Below are positions 28,215 through 42,529 of a stretch of 64,000 nt of DNA, in pieces. The stretch is from positions 37,572,001 through 37,636,000 of the forward strand of contig NC_043015.1 of the NCBI RefSeq assembly GCF_006345805.1. The letters run 5' to 3'. How positions within the stretch are numbered: position 1 is the stretch's first letter; the number at the start of each line of letters is the position of its first letter. The translations under genes and the position numbers were made by a program. The notes beneath the pieces are model-generated. The model was not told where the DNA came from. It made no database searches and saw nothing but the letters and a program-made list of their open reading frames with translations. This DNA comes from Octopus sinensis. Its lineage: Eukaryota.

Positions 28215-28895
28215 TTCAATACATTGCCACACGTCCCCTCATTTCCCACACGTTTCGCAGCCATTGTCACATCTACCTGCCCCTCACACCAACCCATTCC
28301 TAGAACCACCGCCCCCATTTTCACATATACCAATTTCTGCACCACCCATTCTCACGCCAACCCATTCACGCTAATTACTCATTCTCTCGCCCACCCAACA
28401 CTTCACCTCAACTTTCTACCCATTCTTTCTCTGCCTATACACTCACCACCCGTTCAGACCCTTACGTATTCTTGCACCACCCATAATCTTACATCCCATT
28501 TTCTTACCACACATACTTTTCCCACAACTTCCTTTGCCATTTATAACACTACCAACGATCGATTTACGATTTCTACCTGCGCCACCCTGCACTCCCACAC
28601 CACTCCAACATTCATTACCCATTCTCGCGCCACCCGTACACTTTTTACTCTTTCTCACACCCGCCATATATTTTCCACCCATCACAATCTTCTTCCCCAT
28701 TGGCTTACCACATGCAATTCTGTCACCATTTATCCACACACATCCCATCACTTTGTTGTCCATTCTTTTACCATTTATAACATTCCCAACCATTCTTTTA
28801 CCATTTTGTCCTCGCTCTCTATCTCTTTCCCATTTTCATTCTCACTACCACTCCTACCCTTACAATCCGTTCCTTTACCATCCTATTCTCTCAAT
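28215..28895. repeat. G-depleted degenerate repeat region (CCATT/CACC-rich)
   Basis: Recurrent acccattctc(a/g)cgcca(a/c)cc and ccatttataaca motifs; very few G on the plus strand. Confidence 0.65.
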
Positions 28896-30249
28896 TCTAT
28901 TTTTCTGAGAAATCGGCCGATAAATTTTATTTAATAAAATAAAAACCAAAATCATTGAAATCTAAACAAAATTCTTGCTTCATTTTATATTTATGTTACA
29001 AATTTCTATGTTTTTTTTTCTTGAGTAATCCAAAACAAACACAAACAAATATAAAAATAAAATATTGTTTGTTTAATTCGCTGTGAATTTTCTATTTTCC
29101 TTTATTGTGTTTTGATTAATTTCAGTTCCATTGTTGACTTCTAAACATTTATTCATCATCCTTAGCCAAGAAGCGTACCAACACCATACTGGTACTTTTC
29201 ACAGCTTTATCGCTATAGTTATTCTCTAAAACAGAAAAATTATAAATTGCAAAGAAATATTCGGAATCTTCTTTGCGTCCATTAATCATGTCTCTTGTAA
29301 GCACTACAATGTCTTCACATTTTCAATAAATGCATTCCAAAATGTTTGTCTTTCATTTCTTTATCCTATTTATCCTAATATCGTCTTTCTTTTCTTCTCT
29401 TTCGAATCTATTTTTACCTTTTTTACCTTCTTATATTTGTCTGGTTTGTTTTCAATTTTTTATTTAAAATTCTTTTTTTATTTTCGTTAATTTTCCTGCT
29501 TCTTTCCTTTCTTCTAATAATTCATCCCTCGTTAATTCAAATTCCATTGTAAAGCTGTTCTAATACATACATACGTACACACACATACACACATATGCAT
29601 ACATATATATATATATACATACACATACATATTTATATGAACACATACGCATATATATGTATGTATATATATATATATATATATATATCATATATATATA
29701 TATATAGGTATGTATATATGCATGCGTACATATATACATACATATCTATACATAATTCTGGGTGTGGGTATATGGGTGTGCGTGTGTGTGTGTGTGTACT
29801 ATCTTTGTGTGTCTTTGAGTATAATCAAATTTTGAAACAATAAAATTTAAAATCTTTAACAACCTTTTTCCTTTAAGCTAAAAGATTTTTAAAATACGCA
29901 AAAATCTTTTAAATATTTTACCAAACTAGGAAGAAGAAAAAAATAAAACACAATAAAAAGTTTGCTCTAAAACAAAGTTAAGGCTTCGTATATAAATTCT
30001 TATTTAAAGATTTTGTTACAGATTTCAAACTATTATTTTTTTTTCTTTGTGTTTATATTTCTCTGCTTCTTTGTTAGTTTGCTTTTGTTTTCCATTTCTA
30101 AAGAGATTTTCATATTTTCAGAAAGACTAAGGCATGTTTTATACTGGCCCACCCAAATTCTTGATTTAGCTCTCATTAATTGTTGACAAAATTGCTAATC
30201 TGAATGAAGTTAGTGGATTAAATACTGACGAAGTAACATGTCAGTCAAA

Positions 30250-30537
30250 TGGCCCTCCGTCGGTTACAACGATGGAACAGCCGGCCCATGAAATCGTCAT
30301 GCAAGTGGTTGAGCCCGCCACAAACACGGGCTTATTAACATAGTTCTTAGGGAGATTTAGCTTGACAGAGATTGGGGCAAGACTGGCTCTTTGAAATGTA
30401 ATGCAGATACTACACATTTTTGCCTGCTAAATGGAGAGGAGCAATGTGGAGTAAAATGACCGACAGAAATACATAAAGCGTTACCAGGGATCGAACTCAC
30501 GACCAAACGGTCGTGAACTCATCATACCTAAACACTA
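30250..30537 (-). mobile_element. tRNA-derived SINE group C (CORE-like head type 2, tail type 1)
   Basis: Reverse complement has tagtgtttagg...gagttcgatccc, a gcaaaaatgtgtagt body and a gtcgttgtaaccgacggagggccat-like end, as in the 55335 and 11725 copies. Confidence 0.8.
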
Positions 30538-30761
30538 ATTGATTCCCTTTCAATGACTTGTCAGTCACTGAATCAGTAAAAACATTACTTTCTAGCTTGT
30601 GTTCATATTGGTCTGTTACTATAATTTCTTCCGAATCAATACGTTCTGAGATCAAATTCCGACAAAGCCCACTTCATCTTTCATCACGTCAGGATCGAGA
30701 AAATAAGCTCCATTCAAATAGCGTGATTCAAAGCACGACAATATGTAAAGTACGAAAAGAA

Positions 30762-30970
30762 CAGCGATACGGCACAGCCGTTAGGGTGTCGGGCAAAATG
30801 CTTGGCGCTATTTCATTCGTTTGAGTTCTCAGTTCGAATTTCGTCGAAGTCTACATTGCCTTTCATTATTTCAGGGTCGATAAAATAAGTAGCAGTTGAG
30901 CATTAGGATCGATGTAATCGTCTTATACCACTCCCGAAATTGCTGCCGTTGTGCCAAAATTTGAAACCAA
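30762..30970 (+). mobile_element. SINE group A, diverged (partial second copy at about 30620-30710)
   Basis: agttcgaatttcgtcgaagtctacattgcctttcattatttcagggtcgataaaataagtagcag. Confidence 0.82.
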
Positions 30971-31757
30971 TATATAATGTAGGAAGAAAAATGTAAGAAT
31001 ATCACAGAAAAATATCAACTTGTGCATCTAGCTTAGAAAGTATGTCTTCAGTGGGTCTACCACAGAAATATTCACACTTCCAGTAAATATTTCCAGTGTT
31101 GATGCATTTGTTGAATACACCTGATCAGAAAATAATTCTGACACATCTACATGCATGGGAACTTATGTCAGAGATATAAAATCCATGATAATAAAGTATT
31201 TATTTCCGTATGAGAACCTGTCATTCAAAGATTTGCCCAGTAAAGTTCAAAGTTGCAGTGTCCAGACGTCGTTAGATAACTTGCTTAATATCATATTGTG
31301 TGTGTTAATGAAGCAATAAGCGTGGCTGATAAATATTATTTATTTGATTTGTCTTTATTTAATGGAGGCGAGCAGAGAGTTAACCATGATTACGTCAGCA
31401 TTTTTTGTGTCCGTATATTTAACGAAATATAAATAAGCATGTATATAAATTTTCTCTTCGGAGTATATGCGCGTCTGTGTGTGTATCTGTGTGTGTGCGT
31501 ATGTGTGCGTGTGTACGGATGCGAATGCGTGCTTGCATGTGCTTTCGTGTGTAGTGATATTAAACATTTACAAGGAATATTATGACAGCGAGTCCAAAGT
31601 TACAGGGTGCATGACATTGCCATATGCGTGTATATATACGTATACATACATACATACATACATTCACAGACACACAGACACACTCACATTGGGAGAGAAA
31701 TAGAGATAGAAAGATAGATGGACATATACACAACATGTATATATACATATTTATAAA

Positions 31758-31815
<58 letters not shown>

Positions 31816-32232
31816 CTCACATATGTATAGATATGTATATATTGCCCCAGCTAAACATTTTTAAGGATTTAAGGATATATACCAGAGGTGATGGTATTTT
31901 AATAATACCATCCATTCTTATATTTATTCATAAATAATTTCAAGCTTTTCGTTTGTTTAGACAGCGTTTTGTCACTTCAAACGAACGTTTGCGGGCATTT
32001 TAGTAGTAGCGTGCTGGCACAGTTTGGCTGAAGAGAAACAGGCACCAATTTGGCGCTAATTTCAAAACAGGTTGATCAGTATTGCTTGTGCTGACCTAGC
32101 AGAGGTAAGACGTTTTTGATGTCCTCTGGCATTTTCTCCTATTATACCTGGAGTTGAGTTGTGACTAATCTGTGGTACAGAAATATTTTCGACTTCTATT
32201 TTCAGCGATGTAGGTCCTCTTTTTGTGCCTTC

Positions 32233-32288
<56 letters not shown>

Positions 32289-32956
32289 TACATATTTATT
32301 ATTGTATGTATGTATTTTATTTATTTGCCTGTACGGCTGATAACTCGCTTACCACACGTGATGGTATATTAATGATATCATCCCTTCGTATATTTATGCG
32401 TATATGTTTGTGTATACATATATATTTGTATGTATATTTATACAATGAGAGAAAATCTAAGGCATATAAATAGCGAATGTATGTGTGAGGAGGGGCTTGT
32501 CGATAGCGTTTAATTTTCTACTTAATCAACTCCAGAAAATATGTTCCTATACCTAAATTCAAGGAATTTTCTAATCCTCAAAAGTCATGTTTTTTTTCTT
32601 TTTTGCATCCTTATCCGCAATGCTACATTTAATCAACTTACTGAAAGCCTCTAATTAATTTAGCAACCAAGAAATTCCCTGTAAATAAGAATCAAAGGGA
32701 TATAATATCACGAACAACACACAGCAGAGATTTTCATTAGAATTTAGATTCTGATTAAAGATAAATGAATCTTGCCAGGCATTCATGACGAAATTCTCTC
32801 GATGATAAGGACGCAGAATTATTACATACGTACATACATACATGTATAGATATATATACATATATATATATATATATGTATGTATATGTATATATATACG
32901 TATATATATATATATATATTTACATACATATATATACATATATAATTATATACATG

Positions 32957-33027
<71 letters not shown>

Positions 33028-33104
33028 AGGTTTGTATATATGTAGTTAGGTAGTTAAATAGGTAGGTAGGTAGGTAGGTAGGTGGGTAGGTATATTATGG
33101 GTGC

Positions 33105-33540
33105 TGATGTGTTTGTGTGGTAAGAGTCTTGCTTCCCAGCCTCATGGTTCCGGGTTCAGTCCCACTCGGTGACAACTCGGGCAAATATTCAGTAGATTTT
33201 GGTAGAAAGAAGCTGAAAGAGATTTCTCGCATACATATGTGTGTGAGTGTCAGTGTTTGTGTGTGTGTATGTCTGTATTTGTGTATATGTGTATTTGTGT
33301 GTGTGAATAAGTATGTGCGTGAGTATGTCTGTGTTTGTATCTGTGCTTGACCCCCAGCTCCAACCTGTGTTGGTGTGTTTATGTCCCCGTAACTTAGCAG
33401 TTCGACAAATGGCACTGATAGTATAAGTACCAGGATTAAAAGAAATAAGAACTGGGGTTGATTTATTCGATTAAAGATACTTCAAGGCAAAGCTCCAGCA
33501 TGGCCGCAATCTAATGAGTGGAAAGAGTACAATATAAAAG
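33105..33540 (+). mobile_element. SINE group B with expanded internal (TG)n
   Basis: tgtgtggtaagagtcttgcttcccagcctcatggttccgggttcagtccc head; 3' end gctccagcatggccgcaatc. Confidence 0.85.
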
Positions 33541-34061
33541 ATATACATATCTTTATATGTGTGACTGTATGTGTGTGTGAGTATGTGTGTGTGAGTATGT
33601 GTGTGTGTGTGCGTTTGTGTGAGTATGTGTGTGTGTGCGTTTGCGTGCGTATGTGTGTGTGATTCATTCATCCACGTACGTTAATTTCACAAAACGTTCT
33701 TAAAATAATCATGTTACTACAACTACTCCTCAACCTTTGCTACTCCTTCACATCCTCATTCACCTCCCCTCTTCCTTTTCCTCATCCTACTACTACTTAT
33801 ACTACTGCTTCTCTGATGGCGCTGTAAACCCTTATACATCCATCTTCACAAACGGTTTCGTACCGTTTAGCATTTCTCTCTGATCGGGCGTCGATTTGAC
33901 CCTATACAGAATCCCAATTTCTATATCCGTTCCCGTTCGTCGCCTTGTGTAACTTACATAGTTCGGGTCTCCAAGATCCTTCCCTTCTTGCCTACAAAGT
34001 ACTTCTGTCAAGAAACTAAAGACACCAAATTAGCGCTCTACAAATCCATCACTGTCATTTA

Positions 34062-34450
34062 TCTTTTTGTCTTGTCTTGAGACAGAATTCACCTGGGGTG
34101 GGTTGAGCTGCCTTCATTCATCCTCAATGCTGCATCTCTCACAAACTCCGACCAGGCCTGGCGATTTGAGGCTAACGACCGCATGATCTCCAACCACTCC
34201 TTATTCCAGCGGCGAATGCCTTAGACATGGGGGCCTAGGTTAGCTTCCAGGTCAGCCTTGACTGTCATCAGCCAGGTTTTTCGTTGTCCCCCATATCGAT
34301 TTTGCCAACTCTGAAGGGAAGCTGAGGCAATTGCTTTGTAGATGAATTCTCCTGGTTGACGACGGAGGGCATGACCCAGTCAGCGCAGACATCTCGTTAG
34401 GATGACTTGTCGGACGGGGGTGATTTTGCACTGGCGTCGCACCTAAAACA
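34062..34450 (-). mobile_element. RTE-clade LINE 3' end (decayed)
   Basis: Minus-strand translation LR*LGHALRR...WQNRYGGQRKTWLMTVKADLE...WNKEWLEIMRSLASNRQAWSEFVRD, stop at 34089-34091, then a short (CAAGA)n tail. Confidence 0.8.
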
Positions 34451-34941
34451 TTCCACGGTGCGACACTGTCATTTATACAACTCACCAGTCCCTGGAGTCT
34501 GAGAGGAAGCATAATTGCTGGTTCTCGACTGCGGCGGTAGAATTGATTCGTATTTCGCTCTCCAGAAAAGAAGCTTACTCTTACATCTATGACAATGCAT
34601 CTTTACAGTCCTACATTATTTCAAAATCTCTGTTTCTGCTCGCCTTTCTGTTTTTCTGCAACGTAGATGATTATTTCCGCTTCGTTCGTTTCTATGTCAC
34701 TCAGCAACTCTCAACACTTTCAGAAAAGCTCCAGAGAAAAGTATTAAATCAACTTTTCTCCCACAATTTCGCACGACGCACCTGTCTCAGTGCCGCCTCC
34801 CAGTATCTTTATTGTGACAAAGATTCAGTCCTAATATCTACCCTGTTATGTTCTGGTTCTCATGTTGATCACTTTATTGATCACTTTATTGGTACCGAGA
34901 GAATTGGTTGTGTGTCACTGTTGTTATTAATTATTATCAAT

Positions 34942-35125
34942 GCGGCGAGCTGGCCGAAACGTTAGCACACCGGACGAAATGCTTAGCAGTATTTTGTCTG
35001 TCGCTATGTTCTGAGTTCAAATTCCGCCGTGGTCGACTTTGCCTTTCATCCTTTCGAGGTCGATTAAATAAGTACCAGTTACGTACTGGGGTCGATAGAA
35101 TCGACTTAATCCGTTTGTCTGTTCT
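34942..35125 (+). mobile_element. SINE group A
   Basis: gcggcgagctggccgaaacgttagc head, GAGTTCAAATTCC and central domain. Confidence 0.92.
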
Positions 35126-36339
35126 TTTTCTTCTTCTCTGTTTGGTTTCTCATTTCTAAGGTATTTAATTATTTATTTATTATCTATTTATTAAAGCTAT
35201 AATTAACCACTATACGTAATTGACATAATTTAAAATGAGTCTGTGATAATCGCTGTTACATTTTACTTACTCAAGATCGGTAAAGTTGTTAATATTGCAA
35301 GTAATGAGTCCGAATTTCTCAGGTTTATTGTTCCATCTTCTGTCTTTCGAATTCAAATCAGAAACCAGTTCGTTGTATGTACACGCACTGGAGGCCAAGC
35401 AGCAAAAACAGCAAGTGCTACATCGGAATGTAAGAAACTGGTAAAGAATATGGAGTATAAGTACCTCCGATCTAAATTAACGTTGGATCGCAACAGATTA
35501 ACTACTTTCAGAAGATTTTAAACTTAAAATATGAAATATATTAAACTTGGAAATGAAACCCTGAAGAGAAAGAATGCATAATGAAATATTGGTAATGAAA
35601 ATATAATGAAATATAATGAAAGTGCAAAATGAAATTATGAATGATCTAAATAAGCAGAAAAAAACAATAAATAACGAAATTTGAATCATTAAAACTGTGA
35701 GAAGTTTTAATGAGAAGATAAACAATAAATATCGAGGTTTCTCAAGTGAAATAAACAAAATAAAGAGAGTAAAATTAAACTAGAGTTTCTCTGTAGAATA
35801 TGGACGAAGAAGAGAAAATTACAAAAATTTAGAATATGACAGGAATTGGAAGACGAAAATAGCTCCGGAATTAAAATATAGATAGAATATTTTTTTACAG
35901 ATCCCACAAATGACTCTCTCTCCTCAATCTTTCTAATGTATACACACACACACACCACACACACACACACATACACACACTGTGAAGCGAAAATTATTAA
36001 TTAGATATAATGACGCAGAAACCACAATGAAAAAACATAACACTTAAAGTAGGCCATATTAGATATCCTAGCAATGTATATATAGATTTTAATGTCTCTG
36101 GAAAAACGAATAACATCTGCGTTAGTCACAAGAACGAATCGTTGTCTCTCCTAAATCTGCCGGTACGTAACTCTAAAGGCAATCAAAGGAAGTGAAGAAA
36201 AACGTAAATAAGAATGAAATGAAAGGAAATAAAAAGGTATTTTATATTATATTCCTCGATGAAAACATATTTCGAAATATTGAAACGTATTCAACCATTA
36301 CTGAAATACATCAGAGCATGACAGATGACTTGGAATGTT

Positions 36340-36520
36340 ATAACGGAATCCAGAAGAAAATTCTCTTGTTAAATTTCAAACTTGAAGCAATTTGTCGTTA
36401 GGAATCAATTTCTTTGGCTCAGGATAGAAATACTTTATAAAGTGAACTATACATTTGAAAGACGTTTGAAAAAGCACAATAAGAAACGCCATTTGTGTGA
36501 TCGTAAATTGAGAGAAATTA
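36340..36520 (+). mobile_element. Possible RTE/BovB-like C-terminal remnant
   Basis: Across frameshifts QKK...LKQF...LAQDRN...TFERRLKKHNKKR resembles the BovB-type C-terminus; weak. Confidence 0.35.
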
Positions 36521-39035
36521 CTGCCAATGTTGGTATTAATTGCAACACCAGGACCATCCTGGTTCTTATTCTTTGAGATCTGTTTTACGGTTTACTTATA
36601 TAAAGAATACAGGGAATTAAGAATTGCTGCGCCGTGTATTTGCATCCACCTGAACAATAAGTATTTTTATTCTTATTTATTTACCTTTCATGTAGAGGCA
36701 GATAAAGATTAGCCTGACCTTGTCCTGATCCTAGTTGGGATCTCTTCAAAGACAATGCACTCACCATTTGTGTCCTCGCAAAGAGATAAAGCTTGTTACT
36801 TGTAGCTTTTCAAAGGCTAAAACTAAAAAAAATTGGCGTCACTAAATCGTTTGACATGGTGTTGCACTAAGTATGCTACTACTAACCACTTAACAATTAC
36901 TTATCCTTTGATATCCATCGATAATCTTTATCCCGAAGGCGCTGATTAAATATGAAGAATAAAGCTTTCCTCAATTTACCGCCGCTGTTATTATTTCATC
37001 ACCTTCGGCTGTAAGGGGGTTGAATGAAGCAAACATGCGAACATGCATCGCATGCTTTTCTTAACCCACGTCGCAGCACTCAGCAGTCATGGCGGTGTGT
37101 CGCAGCCTCCGAAATGCAGCTATCAAGGAAAATATCATCATTATTTGCGTTTCAAAACAGTTCACGACTCGAAGGGTAAGCAAAATAGGTCGTCTAGGGG
37201 TTGCTCCGGCCCTTGACCTATCCATCGAGCTCTAAGGTTGGTGCTATATTTAGATACACGAGGTGTCAGAGCTATCTCCAAGACTTTAAACAGCACGGAA
37301 ATGATTGATATATTCTCGGATTAATCGCTTTATAATATTTGAATTGAAACCCCCGGAAGACATCCAAGCCGACGAAACATAGCACTTAAACTGCATTAAT
37401 AATGACCAATATTAATAGTGATTAATCTCATAATTCTAAGAAACAGAAGGGGATTAGTGTAATGTCAGTCTTTATGATTTTGACGAGTTAAGTAACTCGA
37501 CAGACAACAACCCTGACGAGGTAAAATGAGCACTTAAATGGGAATTTTATCAATATTTAGTTAAAACTTCGATATATGACGAAAGGGATGGGGGTAATAA
37601 ACATAAACACTAACAACTACAAATGTACAGGTGATAATTTCTTCTTTTCCTGTTTGAAATGAATCTGTGAACGTATGTGGCGAGATCTGAAGTTGATTGT
37701 GTTTTGCCTTGTTTCGGTGCTCACTTCACAGGTCGGGTACAACTGTGTCCATCGGGATTTGAGGGTGAAATGTAAAGTAATAATTTTATAGTTATAATAT
37801 TTTGAAACTCAATCAGTTGAGAAAACTAAAGCACAAAATAATCACACGCATACACAAGCCCACATACAGACACACACATAAATACACAGATACACACAGA
37901 CACCCCAGACACACACACATTTACACGAATACATCGGCGTAAAGGACTTGAAAACTATAATAAAATATTTATTGTAAGACTACAAGAATATTTACTTAAG
38001 AAGATACCAAAAATAATACAAAGAGCAATAAAAAAACTAGAAATATAACACAGAGATTAAGATAACCCATAGTTATAATAGGAACGGAAAACGATAAGAG
38101 AACGTTTAAAAATAAATAGAATTAATTATTATATTTAAAAAACGGAAATTTATTTCTATGGTAATGACAAAAAAATAAACAAGCAATTTGTCCATTTATT
38201 GTAAAGACTAACGAAAACTGTTCTGCAAATATTATTGCTGGTTTGGGCGCTTAGTACTCAACGATTAAGCCGAAAATTAACTAGTTTTGATTTTGTATTT
38301 TCTAAAACAAAACTATGCACTTCCCACTCTAACTTCATAATATGCAAACCACAAGTCTAAATACAGCAATAAATTGTGTTGTTTGAGAGAGTTCGATGTT
38401 TCATACACCGAAAACTCTTCAAAATTAACAAAGTACCAAGAGAAAAGAAATAGTACCACGAGAGAAGGATAAAGAAGGATTCACTTGACTTAATTCAAAG
38501 GCCACAAGGAGTAAACATATATTCTAAGTCAGGTGTTATATTTAGTCTATTGTCCATATGTTGCCGCTATTTGGTGTTATTATCTATTTCCGTTTACATT
38601 TGTGGTCTTGCATAGATATTTCGTAATTGTTTTCTAGTTGCGGACAGCATTTATATCGGTTCTGTCAAGTCTAACAGACAAAAACATATTTCTAAAACAA
38701 ATGAGCAAGCTATCAAACATAAAACTTTGAAATACGACATTTCTTTACTAAGATAACTAAAACTATGAAGAATATTTTGCTGTCCTTTTTCAGCATTGCA
38801 TTCATCAAACCCAATTCCATAAACACAATAAAGTATGTTCGTCAGAATAGTTCTACTGTTTTAACTCCAAGCAATTCTAGAACAGACCAAGGTTTGAAGA
38901 CAGACTAGATTTCGCAATCATGTCCCTTTCCTGTGTTCAAGAAACTGAGCACCATATTACCAAACGCATTCTTTCGGAAGAGGCGGTGTGTGAATCTAAT
39001 GAGAACTGGCTGCTTTTTCTAACGCGCCGAGCCAC

Positions 39036-39072
39036 TATAAACAGGCTCCCTTGGCTCGAAACAAAAGCAGTT
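39036..39072 (+). promoter_or_regulatory. Candidate TATA plus initiator core promoter
   Basis: TATAAA at 39036-39041 preceded by GC-rich cgcgccgagcc, and an Inr-like GCAGTT with its A at 39069, within repeat-free sequence. Confidence 0.3.
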
Positions 39073-39698
39073 AGAGAATTGAGGTCGTTTTCAAAAAAGA
39101 AGAATACCCAGGTTCCAAAAAATACATGGCTCTGCGCCAAAGTTATTATTCTACGCGTTAATGATAGTAAATATTTCTCGTAAGAAAACGAGTAGCGAGA
39201 ATTGTGAATGAGCGTTAAGAGTGTTAAAATACAATCGAAGAAAGAGTTATGAATGAACATTAGCAGTGTTAAAACTAAAGCAAGCAGTAAACCGGCAAGT
39301 ATATTTTTGCCAAAAGTGTCGATACGTTTCTCGTTGGATTCCATCCAAGAACTGTTTTCGAAATTTCGGTAGTAGGCAACTTTCGTGGAATATGTGGGGG
39401 TAGCCTAAAAACTAGACGTTGTATATTTCTCAGACACAAACATATGTTTGTGTCACCCAGGTTGTTTTTGTTCTCTCTTCCCCCCGTGATGCTCTCCTTA
39501 TCTCTCATTTAGCCAGTAGAATTGTTTTCCTAAACAGGTATATCTTTCGATTCACATTCGCTCTCATTCACTAAGTATTTTCGTGTGTTTCTCTGTGTGT
39601 GCCTGTGTATGAGTGTATCTGTGTGTGCTGTGTACATGTATATATATTTTTTCAATGTGTGTGTGTTTGTGTATGTCTTTGTGTGCGAGTATGTGCGA

Positions 39699-39738
<40 letters not shown>

Positions 39739-40074
39739 TATATATATCTGCATGTGTGTGTGTGTATGTATATGTATATATACATAGATATATACATACA
39801 CACATAAGTATGGTTACGTCTTTGATTCTCAATATGGTACCATTCTTTCTCTCTAACTCTCCATGTGTCTCTCAATTTCTCTCTTACATACACATGTAGC
39901 CACAACACAAACACACACATATTAAACTATTTCTTTTCCAAATTTGATATCCACTTCTCTCTCATTTGCTCGTATTCCTCTTCATTCACCATACCTGAGC
40001 CTCTGCTTCATTTTTAATATCACTAAACAAATACCCTCCCTTACAACATCTCTCGCCCTCTCTCTTACCTCCTT

Positions 40075-40115
<41 letters not shown>

Positions 40116-40663
40116 ATATTTTAGACTTCATTTCTCAGTGAGTCACAAGTGCCAAGTTTTACAGAACTACCAAAGGAAACATGTAACTCCCAGAGGTGAC
40201 TTTAATGAAATATAGGAATACATTACTGAAAAAAAAGAGAGAAGATAACAATATAGATACTAGATTCTCTACAGTAAAATTGGCAGTTATGGAGATGTGT
40301 GCTTGAACACACACACACATACACACACACACATACACACACACACATATGTGTGTATATATGTATATAAGTGTGTGTGTGTGTGTGTGTGTGTACAAAT
40401 ATATACATGTATACATATATATATTTATACATTTATATAGGTTTAAATATGCATATATGTATATATATATGTATGTATGAGTCCATATATATATATATAC
40501 GTATATATATATATATAATTTGATGATTGACACTATTGATGTGTTCGTGTGTATATAAGAATACGTATGTGTGTATGTGTACACACACACAGGCACGCAA
40601 ACATATATCTAAATATATATATATATACATATATATATACCTATGTATCAACTATATACACTC

Positions 40664-40697
<34 letters not shown>

Positions 40698-41164
40698 GAT
40701 GTATATAATATATATGTATATGTAATACATATACATACATGAACTTGTATATAGACATATATATGCTCATATAATGAGAGTACATACATGCGTATGGGTC
40801 CGTGAGTGTGTGTCCGGTGGAGGTCGGTGTTAGTGTGTTGTTTTGTTTGTTTGTTGGTTTTAGAAATATCGGATGGTATACGTTGCCAACATATTTATAC
40901 CAAACGTACGGTGGAGCACAATAAATATAAAAAAGTTATTGAATGAATGAGTGTAAGCGTACATGTGTATGTGTGTATCTATATACATGTGTGTATACCC
41001 CCTCCCCATATATATATATATATATATTATATATATAAGGAGAGAGAGAGAGGGAGAGACACACATACATATACATATATAGATACATAAATAGATACAT
41101 TTAGATATAGATATATATATGTATATATTATGTATGTATGCATATATATTTATATATATATATA

Positions 41165-41332
<168 letters not shown>

Positions 41333-41754
41333 AGTGAATATTCGATTGGAATGTGTAGAAAGCGTTCTACGGACTGCAGTCGAATTACCTGAGAGTTAAC
41401 ACGAGATCTCTTAACGTCATATAATCACGGTATCCATGGCTTCAAGTGTAGCTCCGGCCTAGCACTCGTTTCGAGAAGCATGCTACCGAATTCCGCTAAC
41501 TATGAAATATATGAAGCCTGGATTTTATCTCCTCCCTTCCCTAATTTGGTCAGTGTATTTACGTATACAGTAACCCCAGTTGCTAACTAGGATCTATAAA
41601 ATAACCTTTAGTCATCTTATTGTACTTCGATAAAGCAAGAATTCACAACCTTCTCCAATAAAAAACTATTGTTCCGGAACGTTTTCCTTTTAATCTCCTA
41701 TAAACTGCTTGAAGCCCACTAACTTCCTACAGCTTGGTCTTTGGATCTTACATT

Positions 41755-41868
<114 letters not shown>

Positions 41869-42290
41869 CCTAGACAGATAAACAGAGAGGCAGAGAGATA
41901 GACATAATGTACAATTAATGCTTACATACGCTGGCGAAGACTTTAGGGAGCTTAGGTCGGTGTATATCTTACTATCGAAAAGATTTCTGATGAGTTTACT
42001 TGCGTAAAAACTGAATAAAAATAGCAAAGTATAAGAAAAAAGAATCGAAGTAAGAGAAGATAATAAATCTAACAGGGAAGCAGAATCACCGAGAAAAGCA
42101 TTCCCAGATTAATCGATGTTCGTTTCCATCTACACCATATTGGTGAACAAACTCCCTGTGGACAGAAATGTAAGACTGCAGTCTTAGATAAGGGCGCAAC
42201 TATCAATATAAATCACTCACATATACATAAATATTGCTCATTTCAATATGTGTGTATGTGTGTATGCGCGCGAGTTTATATATATATATA

Positions 42291-42397
42291 TATTCACATG
42301 TATATGAGTGTATTTAAGTATATGTACATAAATACATACGTACATACATACATGCATACATACATATACATACATACATACATATACATATACATAC

Positions 42398-42441
<44 letters not shown>

Positions 42442-42472
42442 TATATATACATACATACATACATACATACAT

Positions 42473-42529
<57 letters not shown>

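Noticed and set aside
28197-28934. 245-aa Thr/His/Pro-rich mucin-like ORF
   Set aside because: Openness is explained by G depletion and repeat structure; it starts in a SINE tail and has no splice or homology support.
38937-39344. 135-aa ORF with a hydrophobic N-terminus
   Set aside because: No recognisable family; hydrophobicity follows from T-rich sequence, and such lengths arise by chance.
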